Shown piece after piece: positions 53,259-61,298 of a DNA stretch of 64,000 bases (within the stretch, counting starts at the first letter, position 1; each line of letters opens with the position of its first letter). The stretch lies in assembly GCA_020890945.1 (NCBI GenBank), contig JAJHPK010000038.1:9898-73897 (forward strand), written 5' to 3'. Under the pieces are notes generated by a model. That model was not told where the DNA came from, ran no database searches, and worked only from the letters and a program-made list of their open reading frames with translations. Both the position numbers and the translations under genes were made by a program. The DNA comes from Nitrosomonas sp. Lineage in GTDB: Bacteria > Pseudomonadota > Gammaproteobacteria > Burkholderiales > Nitrosomonadaceae.

Positions 53259-53345
53259 GACGCTAATTGTAACGCAATTAGGATTAGGCTTTTTGATGCG
53301 AATACCGCAAGAATCACATCACTCTTCAGTAATCCTATTGGAAAT

Positions 53346-56300
53346 CTATGGTTCCACCTTATTTTGCGCAGCGTTTTTTTGAGTCATCAACAAAAAAAAC
53401 AAGGGGACAAAAATGGTTGCCACGCAGGTTGCTATAATCATGCCCCCGAATACGCCTGTTCCCATTGATTGACGTGCTGCAGATCCGGCTCCAGACGCGA
53501 TGACGAGAGGCACGACCCCCAGTATAAAAGTCAATGAAGTCATGACAATAGGCCGAAAGCGTAACCGTGCTGATTGAATCGCAGCTTGATGAATGTCAAC
53601 GCCTTGTTGCATTTGTTGATTAGCAAACTCAACTAATAAAATAGCATTTTTCGCAGTTAAGGCAATCAGCGTCACCATACCGATCTGAAAATAAATATCA
53701 TTATTCATATTCAGTAGCAAAATAGCCAGCAATGCGCCCAATATCGCGAACGGAATTGCAAGAATTACCGCCAATGGCAATGCCCATGTTTCAAATTGTG
53801 CCGCCAAAATCAGAAAAACCATTACAATCGCCATGCTCACCGCTAATAGAGCCGCAGAACCTAACTTCTTTTCCTGAAAAGCAGTCCCCGTCCAAGTGAT
53901 CTGATAGCCTTCCGGCAAGGTACGCGCAGCAATATCTTCCACCAAGGCGATCGCTTCACCTGAACTCACGCCAGCCGCCGTGGTGCCCATGATTTTTGAG
54001 GACAACAACCCATTGTAGTGCTCCAATTGCTCTGGGCCGACGACATGTTTAATTCTACTCAGTGCAGATAACGGAATCATCGCATCTGATTTAGACCGCA
54101 CATATACTTTCCCCAAGTCTTCCGCTTTCATGCGATATTGCGCTTCAGCTTGTAATTGCACTCGGTACGTTCTTCCTGCGCGGTTAAAGTCGTTTACATA
54201 CAACGTACCCATCGTGCTCTGTAACGCCGTATAAATATCAGCGATTGCTACGCCTTGCGTGATAGCTTTGGCCTCATCGACTTCGACATAGAATTGCGGC
54301 ACAAGCGCGCGCATAAAAGTATTCACAGACGCCAAGCGTGGCTCTTTCTTTAACGCTTCGATTAAACCATGAACCGCTTCACCCAATTGCCTCACATCGC
54401 TATTGGCGCGGCTCTGAACATAAAACTCAAATCCTCCTGTGCTTCCTAATCCGCGAATAGCGGGAGGATTAAAAGCAATGACCATACCATCCGATTGTTG
54501 CATTCCGATGGCGGATAATTTACTAACCAAATCATTTGCGGTTTCGGTGCGCTCAGACCAATTTTTCATGCGCACGAATAACGTCGACACGTTGCTTTTA
54601 TTGCCGCCCCCAACGAAATCCATTCCATTCACAGCAAATTGATAAGCCATGGCAGGCTCTTTCGCCAATTCCTGCGTAACCGCATCAGCGGTTTTGATCG
54701 TGCGACCTAACGCCGCACTATCAGGCAATATCACAGCAGCAATCACATAGCCCTGGTCTTCCGGCGGTATAAAGCCAGTGGGAATATGCTTTAGTAAATA
54801 ACCCGCAGCTGAAATGACTAACAAAAATAATAAAAGGCTGCGTGCTCGATATTGAATGCTTAATCCAACCAACCACACATATCGACTTCGAACATTCTCA
54901 AGCCGACGGTTAAAACCATCAAAATAACGGGGTAAACGATCGGAGTTTTTAAGCAACAATGCGCATAATGTCGGCGTTAACGTCAACGCGACAATACCTG
55001 AAATGAAGCTCGCCATCGCGATGGTCACGGCAAATTGTTGATACAACTGTCCTGCAAGCCCGCCAAGAAATCCCACCGGAATAAACACGGCTACTAACAC
55101 CAACGTCATCGCTATCACCGCACTGGTAATCTGTTTCATCGCTTTAATGGCTGCTTCAGTCGACGATAGTTTCTCTTCAGACATTAAGCGTTCAATGTTT
55201 TCCAGCACCACGATGGCGTCATCAACCACAATACCAATCGACAGTACCATTGCAAATAATGTCAACGTATTGATGGAATATCCTAACAACCACAAACCCG
55301 CGAAACTGCCGATCAACGAAATGGGAATGACAATAATCGGAATCAGCGTCGCGCGCCAAGTCTGCAAAAATAAAAACACCACCAAAATAACCAGCAACAA
55401 TGCTTCTGCCAATGTTTTCAACACTTCCCAAATCGATGCTTTGACAAATACGCTGGTGTCATAAGAAATGACATACTGCATCCCTTTTGGAAAACCAGAT
55501 TGCAATTCGATCATTTTTGCTTTCACGGCTTGCGCGGTGTCCAACGCATTGGCACCGGTGCGCAAAAAAATACCCACGCCAACGCCCAATTCACGATTGA
55601 TATAGGTACGTGTCGCATAATCTTGTGCGCCAAGTTCGATACGCGCCACATCCTTCAGATACAAAACACCACTGGCGCCACTGGCGCGCAAAATAATCTG
55701 TTCAAATTGCTCGGGTTGTAACAAACGCCCTTTGGCTGTCACGGTATAGACCAACTGTTGATCCGCCAAAGCAGGTTCTTGGCCAATTTTTCCGATCGCT
55801 TGTTGCGCGTTTTGAGTGCGTATTGCATTGACGATATCACTAGTGGTAATTCCCAACTGCGCCATACGATCGGGCCGCAACCAAATACGCATTGAGTAAT
55901 CCTGGGCGCCAAAAATCCGCGCTTCCCCGACTCCCGGTACCCGTCTGATTTCATCCAACATATTGCTGGTAATAAAATTGCTCAGAAATAAGGGCGTATG
56001 TTGACTATCTTGAGAAGTAAATGCGAATACCTGCAACAATTCATTCGTGCGTTTTTGTACGGTAACACCGGTACGCCGTACATCCTCGGGCAAACGCGCC
56101 AGCGCAGTATTGACTTCGTTACTGACATTAAAAACCGCACGATCGATATCAGTACCAATTTCAAATGTAAGCGTAATCGTTACTCTTCCGCTAGAATCGG
56201 CGCTCGAATTGAAATACAACAATCCTTCCAAGGTATGCATCTTTTCTTCGATGGGAGTTGCGACAGTTTTTATCAGTGTCTCTGCATTAGCGCCCGGATA

Positions 56301-56444
56301 AGTCGCTGTTACCACCACCGTCGGAGGTGTGATTTTAGGATATTGTTCGATTGGCAATTGTATCGCCGCAGCGAATCCGGCTAAAACAATCAGAATAGAA
56401 ATTACCGACGCAAAAATCGGCCGTTCAATAAAAAAACGAGCCAT
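53346..56444 (-). CDS. RND efflux transporter inner-membrane permease (AcrB/HAE1-like)
   Basis: 1032 aa: MARFFIERPIFA.VISI, 12 TM helices, two large periplasmic loops and a conserved TM4 (VVDDAIVVLENIER). Confidence 0.95.
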   Translation of the reverse strand: MARFFIERPIFASVISILIVLAGFAAAIQLPIEQYPKITPPTVVVTATYPGANAETLIKTVATPIEEKMHTLEGLLYFNSSADSSGRVTITLTFEIGTDIDRAVFNVSNEVNTALARLPEDVRRTGVTVQKRTNELLQVFAFTSQDSQHTPLFLSNFITSNMLDEIRRVPGVGEARIFGAQDYSMRIWLRPDRMAQLGITTSDIVNAIRTQNAQQAIGKIGQEPALADQQLVYTVTAKGRLLQPEQFEQIILRASGASGVLYLKDVARIELGAQDYATRTYINRELGVGVGIFLRTGANALDTAQAVKAKMIELQSGFPKGMQYVISYDTSVFVKASIWEVLKTLAEALLLVILVVFLFLQTWRATLIPIIVIPISLIGSFAGLWLLGYSINTLTLFAMVLSIGIVVDDAIVVLENIERLMSEEKLSSTEAAIKAMKQITSAVIAMTLVLVAVFIPVGFLGGLAGQLYQQFAVTIAMASFISGIVALTLTPTLCALLLKNSDRLPRYFDGFNRRLENVRSRYVWLVGLSIQYRARSLLLFLLVISAAGYLLKHIPTGFIPPEDQGYVIAAVILPDSAALGRTIKTADAVTQELAKEPAMAYQFAVNGMDFVGGGNKSNVSTLFVRMKNWSERTETANDLVSKLSAIGMQQSDGMVIAFNPPAIRGLGSTGGFEFYVQSRANSDVRQLGEAVHGLIEALKKEPRLASVNTFMRALVPQFYVEVDEAKAITQGVAIADIYTALQSTMGTLYVNDFNRAGRTYRVQLQAEAQYRMKAEDLGKVYVRSKSDAMIPLSALSRIKHVVGPEQLEHYNGLLSSKIMGTTAAGVSSGEAIALVEDIAARTLPEGYQITWTGTAFQEKKLGSAALLAVSMAIVMVFLILAAQFETWALPLAVILAIPFAILGALLAILLLNMNNDIYFQIGMVTLIALTAKNAILLVEFANQQMQQGVDIHQAAIQSARLRFRPIVMTSLTFILGVVPLVIASGAGSAARQSMGTGVFGGMIIATCVATIFVPLFFLLMTQKNAAQNKVEP

Positions 56445-56471
56445 AGCAAACGTAGAGTGAAAAAAATTGCA

Positions 56472-57635
56472 TTATTTCGATATCGCGGTGGTTTCTGTTA
56501 ATTGCGAAGAAACTTGAGCGCGTGGTTCAACCCGTTTATTAGGCGCCAACCGAATCAAATTATCGATCACGATGCGATCGCCAGGGTTCAATCCCTTTTC
56601 AATGATCCAATCTTTTCCAAGCCAGTTTCCAACGGTCACTGCCCTGGATACTAATGTATTATCGTCATTAATGACGTACACATATCTCCCTAAATCGCCA
56701 GTCAATACAGCCACTTGTGGAACTCGATAAACAGTTCTCACCTTGCCTGCGGCAACACGAACACGCACGAACTGCCCTGATAAAATGCTGAACGTAGGAT
56801 TCTCAAAGGTCGCTCGAATTTCCTGCATAGCTAACACCGTATCAATTTTACTCGCCGCAAAATTGATACGCCCCGGCAGCGGATATTCGGACCCATCAGA
56901 TAAAATCATCGTGACGCCGTGAACATTTTTTTCGTTCAAATAGTCCCCGAACTGTAAAATTTCATTTTCCGAAAAACTAAACCGCACCCAAATCGGCGAA
57001 AGCTGTGACAAGGTTGTCAGCACGCTGGTGTTAGGTGACACCAAATTACCTTCAGAAAATTGTGAACGCCCAGTCACGCCACTCATAGGCGCTTTCACGT
57101 TTGTGTAAGAATAATCAAGCTGTGCTTGCCGGACACGCGCTTTGGCTGACTGTAGCGCTGCTTCAGCTAACGTCAAATCGGTTTTAGCTTGATCAAAAGC
57201 ACGGCGGCTTATAAAGCCTTTTTCAATTAACTGTTTCTGGCGTTGTGAATCTTCACGAGCAAGTTTTACCCGCGCCTGCTGTTCTAACATATTGGCATTG
57301 GCCTCATTCAACGCATTTTGATAAGGCTCAGGATCAATCAAATACAATGACTCACCGGCTTTTACTGATTTTCCTTCTGCGAAAAAACGCTTCAACAAAA
57401 TACCGCCGACTTGCGGACGGATTTCAATCTCTTTAGCGCCCTCGGTTTGGGCTACCGTTTCGAGCGTAGTCGGCAATTCAACCGGCTGTGCCGTGATGAA
57501 GGTAACCGGAATAGGATCAATTACTGGCGAAACAGATGAATGATTGGCTTTGCCACACGCGACCAATGATAGGCACAGTAATGCAATCATATAATATGAA
57601 AAAATCACTTTTTTGCGCAAAATAAATCCAATCAA
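56472..57635 (-). CDS. RND efflux periplasmic adaptor (membrane fusion protein) lipoprotein
   Basis: Lipobox SLVAC-G, then barrel-sandwich/lipoyl, coiled-coil hairpin and beta-barrel segments (Y..V.AP.SG..G). It lies upstream of the RND permease. Confidence 0.9.
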   Translation of the reverse strand: MIGFILRKKVIFSYYMIALLCLSLVACGKANHSSVSPVIDPIPVTFITAQPVELPTTLETVAQTEGAKEIEIRPQVGGILLKRFFAEGKSVKAGESLYLIDPEPYQNALNEANANMLEQQARVKLAREDSQRQKQLIEKGFISRRAFDQAKTDLTLAEAALQSAKARVRQAQLDYSYTNVKAPMSGVTGRSQFSEGNLVSPNTSVLTTLSQLSPIWVRFSFSENEILQFGDYLNEKNVHGVTMILSDGSEYPLPGRINFAASKIDTVLAMQEIRATFENPTFSILSGQFVRVRVAAGKVRTVYRVPQVAVLTGDLGRYVYVINDDNTLVSRAVTVGNWLGKDWIIEKGLNPGDRIVIDNLIRLAPNKRVEPRAQVSSQLTETTAISK

Positions 57636-57989
57636 TTGTCTGAACTGATGCCTATATTTAGCTTGATTGATCCATCAACATTCATCACGCCATCTACTTA
57701 TCTAACAATGGAAAAAACACAAAAGCATATACGGGTTCTGTATAATATAAAGAATAATTTTTTGATAGACGACGTAGAAGTATTACATAGGTAAATAAAG
57801 ATATTCCTCATAATTCTACCTGCTTGGAAATATAACATTAAGGAAGATCCAGCAGAGCTATCGTTTAAAATACTTTTTTTGGGATACCTATTGTGATTAC
57901 GATTGATTCAGTGAGATCGTGTAGAAATTTCACGACCTGCGGAATTGTATGTATTAATTTAATTCGACTAATAATAAAGGTACTTTGAT

Positions 57990-59702
57990 ATGCCTAACCC
58001 TATTCTCATTGCCGTAATGGTTTTTTATTTAGCAACGGCTAGTATCACTGCGCAAGCATCTTTGAAATTACCCCAAACCATCAAAGTCGATCGTGCGGCA
58101 TTAACGGCAGAACCCCCCTGTGATCCAAAAATATCTCCTGCATGGCGTGAAGCTCAAGTAATTGATGGCGTAAAAATCGACGCGTCTCCCGCGTGCAGCC
58201 CAGACAATCCAGCTTGGATAGCCGCTGCCGTCAAAGGAACCAATAATGTTTCCATGGATACGTTAATGAAAACCGGCCTATCTCCGGACACCATCATTAA
58301 AACAGATGATTTAGATGGCGACGGCGATCCTGATCGCATCATTATTAAACTTGAAGTTATGGAACTGAATGGCAAATCACCGGATTTTCCCGGCATTGTC
58401 CCTACTTTCGATATCGCACCAGGCGTACAACCCGGTGTGTGGGTTTTTGCCCCGAAAGGGAGCGGCATGTCCACCGAAAATTTCGAAAGCGTTAGAGCCA
58501 ATCCTTTACTAAGATTACCTGCGCCGGTTATTCGCGTAGAACAAGGGGATATTGTTCAGCTTGTGTTGGAAAACACGCATTATTTTCCGCATAGCATTCA
58601 TTTGCATGGTGTAGACCATCCGTTTATGCATAAAGAACATGGTGGCGGCGACGGTGTACCGCAGACCAGTGAAATCGAGTTAATGCCGGGTGAACGGCGC
58701 GTTTACGAATTTCAACCTCGCCAAGCCGGCACGATGTTTTATCACTGCCACGTGCAAACGCATACCCATTTATCAATGGGGTTGGCTGGGATGATCGTCG
58801 TAGAAGAAAACCGGCCGAATAATTGGCTGCAAACCTTGAATATTGGCGGTGGTCATGTGCGACATTCCTCAGTCGCGATCAAAGAAAAATTCGATCAAGA
58901 ATATGACATGCATTACCACGCAATGGATAAAGAATTAGGCGATATCATTCAAAAATATAATGATCCGCGGTTAATTGCACGCGATATGAATCAGCGTTAT
59001 GACATTACCGACTCTACCGAAGATTACTATACAATCAATGGATTATCCTTTCCTTATTCTCTTAGAGAATCCTTAATCATCGTTAAACCGGACCAAAAAA
59101 TTAAGCTACGCCTTCTCAACAGCGGCGGAGAAATGATTGCCATTCATACACATGGTCATCATGCGACGATTACACACTATGATGGCGTAGAACATAATCC
59201 GGTCGCACAAATCATGCGTGACGTTTTTGATATGGCACCGGCACAGCGCCTTGATCTGACATTAGAAACGACTAATGATGGAAAACACAGTTATGGTGAG
59301 GGCGATTGGCTGATTCATGATCATAGAGAAAAAGGCATCACCACCAATGGCATGGCTGAAGGCGGTAGTATGAGTTCGATTGTATACACCTCTTATCTGG
59401 GTGAAGATGGCCTACCTAAAACGAGTCATTTTGGTATCGATCTGAGTCATTTTTTCACGAAAGAATATTGGGAAAGAAGAGTTCCCATTTGGCAAGATCT
59501 CGATGAAACCGCCAACTTAGGTTCTCCCGCTGGGCAAACGGTTAGTATGGACGCTGCCACCAAAAATTCTCTGCTCAATGCGACCTATGGATTACTCATA
59601 GGAATTTTGATTTATTTCATTTTTAGCAAACGTGAATACATCAAACAAAGTGTGATGACTGTCATTTCACGCAACAAAGATGGTAAAGGGAGTCAGCAAT
59701 AA
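57990..59702 (+). CDS. Membrane-anchored multicopper oxidase with permuted copper-motif order
   Basis: Signal peptide. Motifs by hand count are HSIHLHG (aa ~201-207), HCHVQTHTHLSM (aa ~252-263; HCH-x3-H-x4-M), HTHGH (aa ~386-390) and HDH (aa ~443-445). There is a C-terminal TM helix (LLNATYGLLIGILIYFIF). Confidence 0.85.
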   Translation: MPNPILIAVMVFYLATASITAQASLKLPQTIKVDRAALTAEPPCDPKISPAWREAQVIDGVKIDASPACSPDNPAWIAAAVKGTNNVSMDTLMKTGLSPDTIIKTDDLDGDGDPDRIIIKLEVMELNGKSPDFPGIVPTFDIAPGVQPGVWVFAPKGSGMSTENFESVRANPLLRLPAPVIRVEQGDIVQLVLENTHYFPHSIHLHGVDHPFMHKEHGGGDGVPQTSEIELMPGERRVYEFQPRQAGTMFYHCHVQTHTHLSMGLAGMIVVEENRPNNWLQTLNIGGGHVRHSSVAIKEKFDQEYDMHYHAMDKELGDIIQKYNDPRLIARDMNQRYDITDSTEDYYTINGLSFPYSLRESLIIVKPDQKIKLRLLNSGGEMIAIHTHGHHATITHYDGVEHNPVAQIMRDVFDMAPAQRLDLTLETTNDGKHSYGEGDWLIHDHREKGITTNGMAEGGSMSSIVYTSYLGEDGLPKTSHFGIDLSHFFTKEYWERRVPIWQDLDETANLGSPAGQTVSMDAATKNSLLNATYGLLIGILIYFIFSKREYIKQSVMTVISRNKDGKGSQQ

Positions 59703-60709
59703 TGATTAAAATTATAAAGATTGCTTTCTTGCTAACAGGTACGATGGTGTTGGGATCGGTCGCAACCGCACAACAGCAGCAGGCCAAACCCAATGAGCAC
59801 GAACAGCATCAACAACATAGCGAACAACAAAAAGAGCAACCAGCGGCACAACATGAGCATGAAGAACATCATGATCATAGCGGTCATAGCATGAGCAAAA
59901 CGACGGGACCGGCCACTGATCATACTGGCGAGCACGATAAAGATCACAGCGTTGACGACAAAACGCATGAGCATGCCATCGATCATAGTAAACATAACGT
60001 CGAATCCACCGAACATGGCGACATGCATCACCATCATCATATGGATCACGATCATATGATGGACCATGAAGGCACCATGATCATGGGGCAAAATCTTGAT
60101 AAACTGCCCAGTAGTTGCAAAAGTATTTCTGAAGAAGTGGAAATTACTGTGAGAGCCGGTAGAAAATATGCCGGCAAGTTTCCCGGAACAGCGTTTGCGT
60201 TTGATCAACAAGAATGGCGTGTCAAACCTTGTGCGAAAGTGACTTTTCATTTTATTAATGAAGATCAAATTCGTCATCAATTTATGATGCACGGCTTACC
60301 TAAGTACTTGTATAAATACGGCATGTTCCATTTGGAAGTGACCGGCCCCAAAACCGTTTCTGGCACAATTATCGCTCCGGGATCGGATGACACCTTCTTA
60401 GTACATTGTGATATTTCACATCACATGGAAAAAGGCATGAAGGCACAATTCATCGTTGGAAAAGGCAGCGAAAATATACCGAGTATTCCGGGCTTAACGC
60501 CTTACAATCGCACGGATATTTACGAAGCAGAAAATCTTCCGAGAGTTTCAGATAAAGCCAATCAGAGTGCGATGGTCAGAGAAATCACCAAAACATTCGC
60601 CAAACAAGATACGCAAAATTATTTAATTATTCTGCTCGGCGCTTTAGTAGGGCTATTGTGCATTCCTCTCGTTAAGATGCTGATACCAAGAAAGAAAACT
60701 GAAAAATAA
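59702..60709 (+). CDS. Histidine-rich, membrane-anchored cupredoxin-domain protein
   Basis: Signal peptide, then an ~100-aa His/Glu/Asp-rich tract (about 25 His by hand count, including HHHHH). A cupredoxin-like domain follows with HQFMMHG ... HCDISHHMEKGM (Cys/His/Met ligands), then a C-terminal TM helix. The ATG overlaps the MCO stop (TAATG). Confidence 0.72.
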   Translation: MIKIIKIAFLLTGTMVLGSVATAQQQQAKPNEHEQHQQHSEQQKEQPAAQHEHEEHHDHSGHSMSKTTGPATDHTGEHDKDHSVDDKTHEHAIDHSKHNVESTEHGDMHHHHHMDHDHMMDHEGTMIMGQNLDKLPSSCKSISEEVEITVRAGRKYAGKFPGTAFAFDQQEWRVKPCAKVTFHFINEDQIRHQFMMHGLPKYLYKYGMFHLEVTGPKTVSGTIIAPGSDDTFLVHCDISHHMEKGMKAQFIVGKGSENIPSIPGLTPYNRTDIYEAENLPRVSDKANQSAMVREITKTFAKQDTQNYLIILLGALVGLLCIPLVKMLIPRKKTEK

Positions 60710-60727
60710 TAGACTATAAAAATAAAA

Positions 60728-60756
60728 CCAGCTAAATGTGGCTTACATTTAGCTGG
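60728..60756 (+). terminator. Hairpin terminator after the copper-protein pair
   Basis: CCAGCTAAATGT-ggctt-ACATTTAGCTGG, a 12-bp perfect stem about 20 nt after the stop. It lacks a clear T-run. Confidence 0.55.
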
Positions 60757-60893
60757 TGAGTAGTTTTCAAATTTATTGTTATTAGAAATTCACATAAATC
60801 ATGCGCTGTTAGCGTCAACTTGCATTAACATTTAATCAGCTTTACAATTCATGCCCTTTCAATATCGGCAAAATTTCCAATATATTTAATTAA

Positions 60894-61172
60894 CTAACTA
60901 CATTTTCCTGTTTCAGAACCGTCATCCTTGGTTTCGCTACCGTCTTCTTTAACGCAAGAATTTTGACAAACACCCGATTTTTTACAGGATTTACCAGCAG
61001 GAAGACTTTTCTTATCAATACATTGGCCTTCTACTAGGTAACACGCTTGATTTGCGCCACAAGCAGATTTTCCGTCTTTTTCGGTTTCTAAACTACATTT
61101 TGCAAAAGCATGGCCCGTCATAAATGTAAGTGCGACGAGAAGCGCTGCAACATTTATTGTTTTCTTAAACAT
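60894..61172 (-). CDS. Small secreted cysteine-rich protein
   Basis: 92 aa with signal peptide ...TGHAFA-KCS. The mature ~67 aa contain 8 Cys and a tandem DGSET(K/G) repeat. No family recognised. Confidence 0.5.
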   Translation of the reverse strand: MFKKTINVAALLVALTFMTGHAFAKCSLETEKDGKSACGANQACYLVEGQCIDKKSLPAGKSCKKSGVCQNSCVKEDGSETKDDGSETGKCS

Positions 61173-61298
61173 ATTTTCTCCTTTCTTGTATCAACAATAA
61201 GCAAAAATTATTTTTTTGCCGTGATAAGCATAACAAAAAATATATATCCTATGTTTGAATGTTGGAATTGTTTAATCTGCGTCAAAAGTAAATAACTT

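Noticed and set aside
57790-57815. A cop-box-like sequence TTACATAGGTAAAT in the divergent region upstream of the multicopper oxidase.
   Set aside because: It is only a loose resemblance to CopR/CusR boxes in a very AT-rich region. There is no adjacent copRS, and I cannot evaluate its significance without a motif scan.
59732-60292. A 186-aa minus-strand ORF (His/Met/Phe/Leu-rich) antisense to the His-rich cupredoxin gene.
   Set aside because: CAT/ATG-rich coding for His reads as ATG/CAT (Met/His) on the opposite strand, so a long open antisense frame is expected by composition. The sense gene has a signal peptide, a domain and translational coupling.
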